64,000 nt of DNA from a virus (lineage: Duplodnaviria > Heunggongvirae > Uroviricota > Caudoviricetes). The stretch lies in IMG/VR virus record IMGVR_UViG_3300049003_000001, positions 13,660 through 77,659 of that record. One strand, given 5' to 3'. The stretch's first letter is position 1, and the number at the start of each line of letters is the position of its first letter. Position numbers and translations under genes: made by a program. The notes beneath the pieces are model-generated. The model did no database searches. It was not told the DNA's origin and was given only the letters and a program-made list of their open reading frames with translations. Below, one piece after another: positions 9,233 to 19,329 of the stretch.

Positions 9233-12200
9233 AGCCTGCGACAACAGCAGCAAAGAACACTATTCAGCGTGAGCACGCGGTTGCCGTCCAGCCGCGTCTC
9301 ACTGCTGAGTGGGAATACAACCGTTTCCGTGTACCGCAGGTCACGGTATTTCCGGCGCAGTTTGATCCCGACTGGATTGCAGCATTCGGTGACGTGCAGA
9401 GCGTTGCACAGCCGAATCGTCCGCGTACCGGAATTGCGAAGATTCGCCTTGACGCCGGGGTCAAGCCGCTGGGAGCCTCGCGTGACACTCCGCAGGCATC
9501 TCGCTTTTACCCGGCAGGCCCGACAGACCCGTACAAGTATTTCGGATCAGAGCAGGTTACCAAGCTTGTCCAGAATGCAGACGGCTCGTACGATTTCGAT
9601 GCCCCGATTCAGATTGCCGTCGTTTACGACGAGCCGGTAGTAACCAACAAGATCGTTTTGGGATTTGAGACCAGCTACGCCAAGCCGGTCGATTACACCG
9701 TTGAGTACACGCTTGACGGTAATTCGTGGTTCCCGGCGGCTACCAACGTGGCTCTGGAATCCGATGGCACCGCCACCCTCTACCGTGGACGCACCGGGTG
9801 GGATATTGCCCGTAACCTTGACTACCCGGCGGTAATTCAGGGTGTCAGGCTCAATGTATATTCCATGAACCAGCCGTACGCCCACGTGGACGTATTGCAG
9901 GTAGGCGCACGCCTAGAGAATGACCTAACACCTTACCTAATCTCCTACAGCGTGCAGATGGAGGTCGCGGACCGCTCGTTCCTTGCGCCTCTCGGCAAGG
10001 CTAGCGCGAACAAGGCCAAGGTCAAGCTGAGCAACATCGACGGTCGTTTCAATAACCACAATACTGCATCGCTATACAAGGGGATGATCGACAAGAAGAT
10101 CAAGTTTACGCTTGACCTGGGAATCGACGCGACTCCACAGAGCGGTTCGAAGTACGAATACGTTCGTGAATTCACCATGTGGACCGACACGTGGGGTGTT
10201 GAGGGTCAGACGACGGTTGACGTTGACCTACAGGACTCATCTATTTTCTTGCAGGAAGAGAACATGCCGGTCGTGTTTTATGAAAACACGGCGGCGGGTG
10301 CGGTGGTGTGGCAGATCATGGATTACCTAGGCCACACAAATTACGCATACTCCCGAGCAGCGCAGGACTACGGACAGATCATCCCGTTCTACTGGCCGGA
10401 AAAGGACAACACCGTTTGGAAGGAATTCGCTAGCATTGCGGAGGCCACTCAGACGGCCATCTTCTACGACGAGAACGACGTATTGCAGATTCGTGCTCGC
10501 GCTGCCATGTACTCCGACAAGGCGGTTGACTGGAACTTTGACGCGGTAAGCAACGGGCAGAAGCTTCCGGACGTTATTGACATGGAAATCGGGTACGACT
10601 TGGAGTCGAATTCGGTTGACGTGAAGTACCAGCCTGCCCATTACTCAGATTCCAGCAACGGTATTCCCAAGATGGAGACCGTATGGGACGCCGAGGAAGA
10701 GACCATCCTTCTCCGCGCCTCAACGATGAGCCAGAACCTACTAATCGGCGGGACCGACTTGTGGGTTGCTCAGGCGACCGCTAATTTCTGGCCGTACCAC
10801 TCTGATATCAATATCGAGGGTGAAATCCTGGCCTACATCGGAAAGGAATACGCCTACTACACGTTGCAGACCGGCAACTACATCATTGTCGGCGGGGACA
10901 TGGTTGTGCCAGGTCCGGATACCCACGTGCTCAACAAGAAGGTAATTTACTCCCTTGAAGAGCAGCAGCAGTTGGACAAGCTGGACGAATTCTACTCGTG
11001 GAAGAATTCCTACACAGGCCGCTTGGTCGTTACCGAGCGCGGAAAGTATGGGTCGTTGGAGGACAATCACTATTCACAGGTGACCTCTTACATGAGCTAC
11101 GTGGCTAACGGTGACCACCCAACGTATTACTACGATTGGAGCGCCGGGGGACAGTCTCAGCAGGACGGTTTCGTTCGCCTGACCAACAATTCAACCGCCG
11201 CGAATACGTACCACGTGCTAAAGCATCCGATGAAGCTCGACCTGTCCGCTAAGACGGCGTACTTCGGCACCCGTATGCGTTTCTCTAATGAGAGCGCTTG
11301 CTGGATTGCCGGATTGCACATCGCCGGTGACGACGGGCGCGGTGGATACAACTTCGAATTCTCTCCGACCACCACCGTTGAGGCCGAGAGCCGCACCCAC
11401 CACAATGAGGTCTCGCTTTCTCAGATGCCTACTGGTGGAACCTACAGTTGGGTTCCGGAATTCGACGCGACCGATGGCGTGGGATACCAGTTCGGAATGC
11501 TGACGCAGGAGTGGTACGACATTGACGCCAAGTGGGAGAAGTTGAGCAACGGCGACGTTAACATTAGCCTTTTCGTCAACAGCGTCTACACCGGCCGCTG
11601 GCTAATTCCGGCCGCTCAGGTGCTACCGACCACCGGGCGCTTCGGCATCTTTGTCCGTGGTACCGCTGAGGCCGATTTCGAATACCTCTACGGAGTGGTG
11701 GACGACGAGGCCAACCCGTTCCTTGACCCGGACGCAACCGGATTCCTTGACCTAGAGCGCGGGGGATACATGAGTGGTTTCGTGCAGAAGAACATTCGCT
11801 ACAACTTCGGAACCGTTACCCCGGCTTACCAGTGGGCAGCGGGTGGCACGTACTACCCTCAGCGCGTCCAGAACAATCGATTCGCATTCGATGAGTTCGG
11901 GCCGGTTGTTCACGAGGTCAGGAAGTTTGATGTTAAGTTCAAGGAAGAGAACGTCCCGGTGGCGCACTCCAATTTGTACTTCAACAACCCGGAGCAGATC
12001 GATGTGACCTACTACGAGTCTGACGCATTCGGTGCGAGCTTCCTTCTAGCTAATGCTGCCCGCCACGACGCCTTCGCCAAGGGAGATGACGGCATCACCT
12101 TCGGCAAGGATAATATCAAGACCCGCACGATGTTCATTTACGGCAGGTCGGTATATCAGGACGAAGAGCGCACGAAGACCACGGACGATGCGTCATCAAT

Positions 12201-12489
12201 TCGCCGTCGCGGAATGACCAAGACGGAATTCAGCAATCGTCTGGTACAGACCGAGGAAATGGCGGATGGCTTGGGTCAGTGGATTCTAGACCTGTGGGCG
12301 TCCGGAGTAGATGAGGTCACCCTGAATGTATTCGGTAACCCGTTCATTCAGCTAGGCGACCTCGTAACGATCAATTACCCGATCAAGGACATGTTCCCGA
12401 CCACTCACAAGTATTTCATCGTCTCTATCGACAATGAGTTTGATGGTGGATACAAGACGAAGGTCGTATTGCGCCGCGCTCGCGTCTGA
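9229..12489 (+). CDS. minor tail protein, large (baseplate/hub or tail-associated lysin-like position)
   Basis: 1086-aa ORF translationally coupled to the upstream gene. Its position after TMP/Dit is typical of a tail tip protein. Confidence 0.55.
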   Translation: MKPATTAAKNTIQREHAVAVQPRLTAEWEYNRFRVPQVTVFPAQFDPDWIAAFGDVQSVAQPNRPRTGIAKIRLDAGVKPLGASRDTPQASRFYPAGPTDPYKYFGSEQVTKLVQNADGSYDFDAPIQIAVVYDEPVVTNKIVLGFETSYAKPVDYTVEYTLDGNSWFPAATNVALESDGTATLYRGRTGWDIARNLDYPAVIQGVRLNVYSMNQPYAHVDVLQVGARLENDLTPYLISYSVQMEVADRSFLAPLGKASANKAKVKLSNIDGRFNNHNTASLYKGMIDKKIKFTLDLGIDATPQSGSKYEYVREFTMWTDTWGVEGQTTVDVDLQDSSIFLQEENMPVVFYENTAAGAVVWQIMDYLGHTNYAYSRAAQDYGQIIPFYWPEKDNTVWKEFASIAEATQTAIFYDENDVLQIRARAAMYSDKAVDWNFDAVSNGQKLPDVIDMEIGYDLESNSVDVKYQPAHYSDSSNGIPKMETVWDAEEETILLRASTMSQNLLIGGTDLWVAQATANFWPYHSDINIEGEILAYIGKEYAYYTLQTGNYIIVGGDMVVPGPDTHVLNKKVIYSLEEQQQLDKLDEFYSWKNSYTGRLVVTERGKYGSLEDNHYSQVTSYMSYVANGDHPTYYYDWSAGGQSQQDGFVRLTNNSTAANTYHVLKHPMKLDLSAKTAYFGTRMRFSNESACWIAGLHIAGDDGRGGYNFEFSPTTTVEAESRTHHNEVSLSQMPTGGTYSWVPEFDATDGVGYQFGMLTQEWYDIDAKWEKLSNGDVNISLFVNSVYTGRWLIPAAQVLPTTGRFGIFVRGTAEADFEYLYGVVDDEANPFLDPDATGFLDLERGGYMSGFVQKNIRYNFGTVTPAYQWAAGGTYYPQRVQNNRFAFDEFGPVVHEVRKFDVKFKEENVPVAHSNLYFNNPEQIDVTYYESDAFGASFLLANAARHDAFAKGDDGITFGKDNIKTRTMFIYGRSVYQDEERTKTTDDASSIRRRGMTKTEFSNRLVQTEEMADGLGQWILDLWASGVDEVTLNVFGNPFIQLGDLVTINYPIKDMFPTTHKYFIVSIDNEFDGGYKTKVVLRRARV

Positions 12490-12527
12490 TGTTTGCTTAC
12501 GAATAATCAGTCACATATAATTGTGGC

Positions 12528-12833
12528 ATGGCTAAGGAAACAAGCAAGCAGATTATTCTCGATAACGATTTCTTCGTTCCGCCGGGCCTCGTTGATGTTC
12601 GTGCGGCTGGGAAGGAAGACGGCGAGTTCTACTACGATGCAGCGACCCAGGCGGTCGAGGGGCCGACCCTAGAGACCCCTGTTTCGAAGATTCCTATGCC
12701 TCCGTCCAGCTACGAAGTTGTGGAGCAGCATGTCCGCATCTCGTCAGACGGCCGAGCGGTCGTTGACGTAATGGTGGAGTTCCCTGACATTTCGGGTGTT
12801 GAGTCTATTGATGTGAGGGTGACAAAGGCATGA
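12528..12833 (+). CDS. hypothetical protein (minor tail module)
   Basis: 101-aa ORF within the tail gene run. Confidence 0.3.
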   Translation: MAKETSKQIILDNDFFVPPGLVDVRAAGKEDGEFYYDAATQAVEGPTLETPVSKIPMPPSSYEVVEQHVRISSDGRAVVDVMVEFPDISGVESIDVRVTKA

Positions 12834-13186
12834 TTACTAACGATGGCAAGAGCGTCATCAAGGAATTCTTCGGCGGTCAGTTGAAGGAAATTGCGGACCA
12901 GATTGTCCTAGGCAGCGGAACCACGGCGGCATCCTTGACGGATACCGCTCTGGCGACGCTTATTTCCACGCTCGACGTAAAGAGCATCAACGCCGACCTG
13001 GCGAACGACCGTATCGTCTTCCGTGCCACTATTCCGGCGGGGGTATCCCTGACCATCAATGAAATTGGTTTGATCCGTCGTGGGACGACTGACAGGCTTG
13101 TCGCACGCTCTGTGCTCAGCACTCCGAACGTCACCGACGCCGACCTCCCAACCGATATCGAATACTCGTTGAGGATTACGGTATGA
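12830..13186 (+). CDS. minor tail protein
   Basis: 118-aa ORF with 4-nt overlap coupling to its neighbours. Confidence 0.3.
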   Translation: MITNDGKSVIKEFFGGQLKEIADQIVLGSGTTAASLTDTALATLISTLDVKSINADLANDRIVFRATIPAGVSLTINEIGLIRRGTTDRLVARSVLSTPNVTDADLPTDIEYSLRITV

Positions 13187-15651
13187 GGGTACTTCTACGC
13201 GACCTGTCGCCGGGACAGGCATACGCCATTCAGTTCCGCTCCAACGACGGCGACGGAAACGTTTCCGAGTGGAGTCAGGTTCAGCGATTCAATACGACCA
13301 ACGACACGATTCGTCCGGGTAACGTGGTCAACCTTTCATGGTATGACTCTGGCTCAGCATTCATCGGGCAGTGGGACAAGGTTGTCCTTGACGAGCAGGG
13401 AAACCCGCTCCGTGACTTCCGCGCATATCGTTGCAACGTCTCTTCCGGCGGCGGGGCGGGTGCCGACTTTTACGTCATCGGAGAGCGTTTCGAATTCACT
13501 AAGGCTCAGAACCTAGCCACATTCGGCACGGTTCAGACTTCGCTCACCCTAAAAGTATGGGCCGTTGACCTTACTTTCAACGAGTCAAATATCCCGGCTC
13601 AGGTCACGGTCAACCCATTGCAGCCACCGACTCCGAGCACGCCGACGATTAGCAGTTTCCTCGGCAGTGTCATGGTCACCTGGGACGGGCTCAATTCCGG
13701 CGGTACCGGCATGGGTTCAAACTTTAGCTATTGCGAGGTTCATGCCTCTACCGTTAGCCAGTTCACACCGACAGCTAACACGTTGGTCGGTCGCATGGTT
13801 GCCGATGGCAGCGGGTCTAAGTATGTGATTCAGGGATTGCCTTATGGCTCTCTTTACTACATTCGTTTGATTGCGGTCAATGAAATCGGCAAGAGGTCTC
13901 AGCCGTCCGCGCAGGCATCGGGTACGGCCACCCGCGTGAGCGGTCTCGATATCGCCAACGGCTCTCTGACCAAGGACCAGATTAACTTTACGGCTCTGGA
14001 TATCGGAGGTGCCAACGCTTTTTACCAGACCTCACAGCCGACCTCAGGCATGGTAACGGGCGACCTGTGGTACGACACCGACGACCAGTACGAGGTATAC
14101 CGATACAACGGAACCACGTGGGTGCTCGCGCCGGAAGTTGGATTGGTTTACAGCAAGAAGATTGTTGTCGGTGCCCTGACGGGTGACAAGATTGCGACCA
14201 ACTTCTTCGCTGCCGCTCTCGCGCGTATTGGTACGGCCTACATCGATGAGGCGTATATTCAGTCGGTTAATGCGGCATCGATTCGCACCGGCTCGATTTC
14301 TGCCGACCAGCGCATCATCGCGGGTCCGGAGCTAGAGAACCACGCGGAAATGACCAGCACTGGTTTCTACGTCAAGGGTCCACAGCCGGGAACGCCGGTA
14401 GGCCAGACACCGAATATCATTGACCGTATCCGCATGGGTACCGGAGTCAGTGACTTCTTCGCTATCCCGGACCCGGTTGACCCGGATTCCACCCTCGCTC
14501 AGATTGACGAGAACGGTAACGCTTCTTTCCAGGGATTGTACGTAGACACTGACCCGACTATTCAGGGAACCAAGCTCTCTACCATGATCGGTAAGAAGGC
14601 TAACATCGTAGGATACTCGTACCTTGGTCCGATTACCGACCTTGAACCGGCGGGGTCGGCTGGTATTCGTAGCGAATACGGAATCGGTCAGTTCAACTTC
14701 CCGGTTGTTGCCGGTCGATTCTACGAAATCAATGCAAGACTTGGTTTCTGGTATGTGACTAACGGCGGGGAGGCTTGGCACTACCTGCGCGTTCAGCAGG
14801 ACAACCGAACGGATACCGATATCGCTAATGGTATTGCTCCGACTCCGGTAACGAGCAGCAGCACGGCAATCTTCTCCGTTCCGGTCAACGGTCTTCTCAA
14901 CAATGCCTGGCAGTCATCGAATCATAAGACTACTTGGAAGGCTACCTTCACCGGACGAGCGAGTGTCGGATATTCCCTACACATGCCATACCCACCAGCG
15001 TCGGACTCTGTAATCAAGGTACCCAACCCTAGCTACCTGACGCTGAGCGCAGTCGATATGGGAGATACCCCGGCCGATTACAACAACGGTCGTAGGCACA
15101 ACCAGGGCGGCGCGCTGTATTCGTACACACCACCACCGCCACCGGCCGTCCAGCCGCAGAACTTCTATTGGGAGGGCCGATACAATTGGGCTCGTTCGTG
15201 GAAGGGAAATGGCGCATGGATGACCAACGATGGCGGAAAGGTATACCAGGGAACCGACCCGTCCGGCTACAACGGAAACCAGTACGGCGCATTCGGATTC
15301 AGCAATGCCGATTTTGCGTCGATGCTCTCCGGTGCCTACAACATCAGCGTTCACGTATACCTGTACTTCGCGCACTGGTATTACAACGCGGGTGGTACGG
15401 CTCGTGTTGGATACACAAGTCAGTGGGGAGACCCGGCGGGTGGAGGTCTCGGTGGTGGAATTGCCGGAACGTTCGATTCTTCCGGATGGCCGAAGCCGGG
15501 TGCTCGTGAGCTAGATATTTCCGGATGGGCCGGGGCATTCCAGAACGGCTCTGCCCGAGGAATCGTGCTTGGTCCGGGTAACAACGGATACCAGAATTAC
15601 GGTTACGCTACAGACTGTGTTCTAAAGTTTTGGTACACTAAGAACGTATAA
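13183..15651 (+). CDS. minor tail protein with fibronectin type III-like domain and Gly-rich C-terminus (fibre/receptor-binding-like)
   Basis: The N-terminal segment LSPGQAYAIQFRSNDGDGNVSEWS is FN3-like. The C-terminus is Gly/Tyr/Asn-rich and ends GGGLGGGIAG. 822 aa. Confidence 0.5.
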   Translation: MRVLLRDLSPGQAYAIQFRSNDGDGNVSEWSQVQRFNTTNDTIRPGNVVNLSWYDSGSAFIGQWDKVVLDEQGNPLRDFRAYRCNVSSGGGAGADFYVIGERFEFTKAQNLATFGTVQTSLTLKVWAVDLTFNESNIPAQVTVNPLQPPTPSTPTISSFLGSVMVTWDGLNSGGTGMGSNFSYCEVHASTVSQFTPTANTLVGRMVADGSGSKYVIQGLPYGSLYYIRLIAVNEIGKRSQPSAQASGTATRVSGLDIANGSLTKDQINFTALDIGGANAFYQTSQPTSGMVTGDLWYDTDDQYEVYRYNGTTWVLAPEVGLVYSKKIVVGALTGDKIATNFFAAALARIGTAYIDEAYIQSVNAASIRTGSISADQRIIAGPELENHAEMTSTGFYVKGPQPGTPVGQTPNIIDRIRMGTGVSDFFAIPDPVDPDSTLAQIDENGNASFQGLYVDTDPTIQGTKLSTMIGKKANIVGYSYLGPITDLEPAGSAGIRSEYGIGQFNFPVVAGRFYEINARLGFWYVTNGGEAWHYLRVQQDNRTDTDIANGIAPTPVTSSSTAIFSVPVNGLLNNAWQSSNHKTTWKATFTGRASVGYSLHMPYPPASDSVIKVPNPSYLTLSAVDMGDTPADYNNGRRHNQGGALYSYTPPPPPAVQPQNFYWEGRYNWARSWKGNGAWMTNDGGKVYQGTDPSGYNGNQYGAFGFSNADFASMLSGAYNISVHVYLYFAHWYYNAGGTARVGYTSQWGDPAGGGLGGGIAGTFDSSGWPKPGARELDISGWAGAFQNGSARGIVLGPGNNGYQNYGYATDCVLKFWYTKNV

Positions 15652-15656
15652 GGAGA

Positions 15657-15923
15657 ATGATGGAAGCGTATTTTTTGAGAGACCGTGACCCGCAGGGTGG
15701 CTACTACGAGATTTATCGTTCAAAGCCGACCGAGGAAACGATCCGTAAGACCGTCGTAGAAATCCGCAAGGGTGACTTCCCGGCGGAAACGTGGTTGCAG
15801 ATCAACTTTGCCGAGATTCAGCCGGACCCGCTCAACCATTGGGATGAGCTAATTCTTCCGTGCTGGGAGAAGGCCGAAGCATTTTGGACAAGGGAAGGAG
15901 GTTTTGTGAATGTCTCAGAATGA
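15657..15923 (+). CDS. hypothetical protein
   Basis: 88-aa ORF preceded by an AGGAGAA RBS. Confidence 0.3.
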   Translation: MMEAYFLRDRDPQGGYYEIYRSKPTEETIRKTVVEIRKGDFPAETWLQINFAEIQPDPLNHWDELILPCWEKAEAFWTREGGFVNVSE

Positions 15924-16341
15924 GTTTAATCCGACCAGCTTCAACGGAGAGCCACTGACGACGGCAAAGCTTAATCAGCTTTCCAACAACATTCAGTTCC
16001 TCTTTGAGCGTGGTGCCAAGATTCGTTACAAGAACGAGGACGCCAATCTCACCCGTGACGCATCGCTAAAGGTGCTCGCTGGTAAGACTGCATATCCGAT
16101 TGTATCGGCAAACTACATCTACCAGCCGGTATATTTCGGAAGCTATTTCTCCGCAGGATGCAAGCCGGTCGTCACTGCGACGGTCGAGGCTCCGAGTGGA
16201 GGACACCGAAATCGAGTTATGGTCTACGGACTCAGCGGCGGGGAGATTGACAATATTGGTTTCCAGGCAGTTGTCACAACGGAAGCTGTATCGACAATCG
16301 GTCCGTCCGGTTGGGTTCATTGGATTGCAGTAGGGTACTAA
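15910..16341 (+). CDS. hypothetical protein (possible minor tail)
   Basis: 143-aa ORF overlapping the upstream gene. Confidence 0.3.
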   Translation: MSQNEFNPTSFNGEPLTTAKLNQLSNNIQFLFERGAKIRYKNEDANLTRDASLKVLAGKTAYPIVSANYIYQPVYFGSYFSAGCKPVVTATVEAPSGGHRNRVMVYGLSGGEIDNIGFQAVVTTEAVSTIGPSGWVHWIAVGY

Positions 16342-16360
16342 TTCTTAATCCGGAGTAGAG

Positions 16361-16624
16361 ATGAAGAGGGGCTACTACTCTCCTAAGCGCCGAGCAATCA
16401 TGGCTAAGGGAGAAAAGATCAATCACACAGAAGTATTCGATGAACATGAGTGGGTTTGCCACTTGTGCGGATGTGAGATTGACCGCTATGCTGGACGCGA
16501 TGACTGGATGAGGGTCACGCTGGATCATGTTATCCCGCTGAGCAAGGGCGGGCAGCACGTACGGAGCAACGTAGCCCCGGCGCACTGGAAGTGTAACATG
16601 GAAAAAGGCGACCGGGTAGCCTGA
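16361..16624 (+). CDS. HNH endonuclease
   Basis: CxxC...DHVIPLSKGG...N...HWKCN His-Me finger motif. 87 aa. Confidence 0.7.
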   Translation: MKRGYYSPKRRAIMAKGEKINHTEVFDEHEWVCHLCGCEIDRYAGRDDWMRVTLDHVIPLSKGGQHVRSNVAPAHWKCNMEKGDRVA

Positions 16625-16652
16625 ATTCTTCAAAGTTTCTCGGAATTTCTTG

Positions 16653-16682
16653 TTGACAGCCGGTCTTCGGACCTGCTAGAAT
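16653..16682 (+). promoter_or_regulatory. sigma70-like promoter TTGACA-N18-TAGAAT (conserved phage promoter family)
   Basis: TTGACA at 16653-16658 and TAGAAT at 16677-16682. The flank ...ctgcTAGAATag matches the promoters in the tRNA region. Confidence 0.5.
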
Positions 16683-16710
16683 AGTTCTTAACAAATAAGA
16701 GCTTTTAGAT

Positions 16711-16745
16711 AACCCCCTAGTCGTTAGACTAGGGGTTGTCTTTAT
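16711..16745 (+). terminator. hairpin plus T-tract (terminator/attenuator) in the leader of the phosphoesterase gene
   Basis: AACCCCCTAGTC-gtta-GACTAGGGGTT followed by GTCTTTATT. Confidence 0.5.
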
Positions 16746-16785
16746 TACCTATAAGCTTTACTAGAGATAAGTAGATAATACTAAT

Positions 16786-17535
16786 ATGAGTAATGACACT
16801 AAGTGGCTGATGGCCTCCGATATTCATTTCCCTCTGCACGACCCGCGCAAGGTGGAGTTGTTCATGAAGGTGATGAAGTGGTTCAAGCCTGACGCGGTTG
16901 ATTACCTAGGCGATATCGATGACGCCGACAGCACCGGCCGGTGGGCCGTGGGTCCGGAGTTGATGGTCGGTATCGGTGAGGGTGGAGTCAAGGCAACAAC
17001 TCAGTTGTTTGCTGATACCCGTGCAACTCTGCCTAATGCGGATATCCACATGCACGATGGAAACCACGGCTGGACGAGGCACAACCAATACCTCATGAAG
17101 AACGCTCCGGCCTTGCTGGATATCCTAGATTCGGATACGCTATACCAGTACAGCAAATACGGGGTCAACTGGCACGATTACGACAAGCCTCCGGTCCACC
17201 GATTCGGTGACGTATACGGCCACCACGGCGAGAGCACGAGCAAGCACGCCGGGGAGTCGGTCCGAAACGATATTGGCAAGTGGGACGTATCGCTGGTACG
17301 CGGACACTCGCACCGGATGGGCGCTTATTTCCGCACCTACCCGCTGTCTAATCGGATGCTCCGAGGTTTCGAAATTGGTCACCTCTGCGACGAACGTAAG
17401 ATGGATTACGACACGGCCCCTGACTGGCAGGCAGGCTTTGCCATCGCCCACGTCGTTAACGATTGGCCGCACATTCAGCTAATTCAGATTAACGATTACA
17501 CGTGTGTAGTCGATGGGAAGGTATTCAAGAACTAA
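16786..17535 (+). CDS. calcineurin-like metallophosphoesterase
   Basis: Motifs DIHFP, GDIDD, GNHG, GHHG and GHSH are the DxH/GDxxD/GNH(D/E) phosphoesterase signature. Confidence 0.7.
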   Translation: MSNDTKWLMASDIHFPLHDPRKVELFMKVMKWFKPDAVDYLGDIDDADSTGRWAVGPELMVGIGEGGVKATTQLFADTRATLPNADIHMHDGNHGWTRHNQYLMKNAPALLDILDSDTLYQYSKYGVNWHDYDKPPVHRFGDVYGHHGESTSKHAGESVRNDIGKWDVSLVRGHSHRMGAYFRTYPLSNRMLRGFEIGHLCDERKMDYDTAPDWQAGFAIAHVVNDWPHIQLIQINDYTCVVDGKVFKN

Positions 17536-17750
17536 TGGGTGAGCACGCGAAAGCCGAGAAGGCTCCATCACGTATTCGCGGTTATGCGAAGTTCGTCGTC
17601 GCTCTTGGAGGCGCAGTTAGCGCCGGGGCGACCACATTGACTTTGAGCGACGGTCCGCTGACATGGCAGGACTGGCTCAACACAGCTATTGCATTCGGAA
17701 CCGCTCTCGGCGTGTTCGGAGTGTCTAATGAAGGAAAAGATAAGGGATGA
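17535..17750 (+). CDS. small membrane protein
   Basis: Its ATG overlaps the upstream TAA (TAATG). One predicted TM helix (FVVALGGAVSAGATTLTL). Confidence 0.35.
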   Translation: MGEHAKAEKAPSRIRGYAKFVVALGGAVSAGATTLTLSDGPLTWQDWLNTAIAFGTALGVFGVSNEGKDKG

Positions 17751-17914
17751 TGTTTTGTAGGAAGTGCTCGGGCCGGGTCTTTGTGGATCAGGTATTCAGC
17801 GAGAACAACCATCAGGAGCTATTCTGCATTCGATGCGGCAAGCGCTGGATGATTGACAAGACCAAGGGAGTATTCGGGGCATGGCTGACCTCAAAGGTAA
17901 GAAGTACGACGTAA
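17747..17914 (+). CDS. small zinc-ribbon protein
   Basis: 55-aa ORF with CRKCSG...CIRCGKRW (two CxxC pairs). ATGA overlap with the upstream gene. It falls below the ORF-track size cutoff. Confidence 0.3.
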   Translation: MMFCRKCSGRVFVDQVFSENNHQELFCIRCGKRWMIDKTKGVFGAWLTSKVRSTT

Positions 17915-18435
17915 ACCCTCCTAAGATCGGGCCTCTGGTCCGCACGGAAGCGGCTAAGAAGTATTTCTACACGGACAGCAAGCTCCACCGCACGATCCGG
18001 GGAGACCGTCCTAATGACCTGATGAGAGCGTGGTCATACGAGGATAACGCGGTCGTGGACTTCGTATGGTCTGACGTACGTCGCAGGATGCAGCAGGCTT
18101 TCGACACATATGAGGTCTGCACTCTGCTGAATCGAACTAAGAAGAATATTCTAGAACATATTGCGGCAGGGGCTATCAATCCTCCGTACAAGATCGGAGT
18201 GCAGGCCAACGGCTTCGGGCGCTACAAGTGGTCCGAGGACGATGTGTTGGCGATGCACGCGCATTACCTCACAGTGGGTTCCGGCCGACCGCGAAAGGAT
18301 GGTATGCTTTCTGCGGCGGCACGGATTCCTACAAAGTTGGAACTCGTCGCCATGATGAAGCAGCAGCGCATGATGTACGTGCGTGACGCTGACGGCAACT
18401 TTGTTCCAATCTTTGACGCACAGGATTGGACGTAA
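17881..18435 (+). CDS. hypothetical protein, possible HTH DNA-binding
   Basis: 184-aa ORF. The segment EVCTLLNRTKKNILEHIAAG looks like a helix-turn-helix. Confidence 0.35.
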   Translation: MADLKGKKYDVNPPKIGPLVRTEAAKKYFYTDSKLHRTIRGDRPNDLMRAWSYEDNAVVDFVWSDVRRRMQQAFDTYEVCTLLNRTKKNILEHIAAGAINPPYKIGVQANGFGRYKWSEDDVLAMHAHYLTVGSGRPRKDGMLSAAARIPTKLELVAMMKQQRMMYVRDADGNFVPIFDAQDWT

Positions 18436-18759
18436 GTGGAATACACGATTAACGGCGATGAGATTTCCGTTGAATCCTGCATCGTGCAGGCAACGGTAGC
18501 TCTGGACGCCACAGGGACGATGGCACAGCAGTCGCTAAATTCTGAGCGAATGCTAGAGGTCGCGGACGCTTGGGTCAAGCTGGCCGATTTCATGAATGTC
18601 GTGGAGCAGGCCCGCAACGAGGGTCACAAGCCGGACCGCAAGGTCTCGTTTGGCTTTAGCAAGGAAGAGACCGTCCACAATACGGACGGCGATTTTGAAC
18701 GATTTGAACAGCTAGAGATTGAGGAAGATGATGCACGAGACGACTGCGACGAAGACTGA
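18436..18759 (+). CDS. hypothetical acidic protein
   Basis: 107-aa ORF with an acidic C-terminus. Confidence 0.3.
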   Translation: MEYTINGDEISVESCIVQATVALDATGTMAQQSLNSERMLEVADAWVKLADFMNVVEQARNEGHKPDRKVSFGFSKEETVHNTDGDFERFEQLEIEEDDARDDCDED

Positions 18760-18964
18760 GGCTACGCGGGTCCGCGTCGGTATGGGGTTCACCCGCAATA
18801 TGGGTAACTTCGAATCCATGCGTATTGATGTGTCGGTCGAGGATTCGGCTCGCGCAGGTGAGAACGCCAACGACGCTTTCAACCGCGTTTACGCATTCAC
18901 TGAGAAGAAGCTTATTGAGAAGTTTGGCGAGACCGAGGCGGCATTGGAGTCGGCTAAGGCATGA
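18728..18964 (+). CDS. hypothetical protein
   Basis: About 78 aa. Start chosen at an internal ATG that minimises overlap. Confidence 0.3.
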   Translation: MMHETTATKTEATRVRVGMGFTRNMGNFESMRIDVSVEDSARAGENANDAFNRVYAFTEKKLIEKFGETEAALESAKA

Positions 18965-19329
18965 GTGATAGGTCGCTGGCTCAGCAGGCCAACGCCCTTA
19001 TCACAAAGTACGTCAAGCTCTACACGGAACGCTACGATGTTGCCCCGGTTATCAACCGATACCGCGATAAGTGGGGCTTCACCGATATGCTTAACGACTT
19101 GGGTAAGGCGGACTCCGGGAAGGTGCTAGAGTATTACTTTGGCCTCCGTGGTCCGCACACCCTTGTTGATTTGTTCCGCAGGTACGACGAACTTCACAAG
19201 TGGCGGCTTGCTGACGAGGAAGATAAGCGCCGAGTGGCGCAACTGCACAAAGACACAGCTAAGCGAGTGAAGGAGTATTTGGAACGCAATGGCGACGGCG
19301 GAACTGGAAGTTCTAGCAGCAGCGTGTAA
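18961..19329 (+). CDS. hypothetical protein
   Basis: 122-aa ORF with ATGA overlap coupling. Confidence 0.3.
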   Translation: MSDRSLAQQANALITKYVKLYTERYDVAPVINRYRDKWGFTDMLNDLGKADSGKVLEYYFGLRGPHTLVDLFRRYDELHKWRLADEEDKRRVAQLHKDTAKRVKEYLERNGDGGTGSSSSSV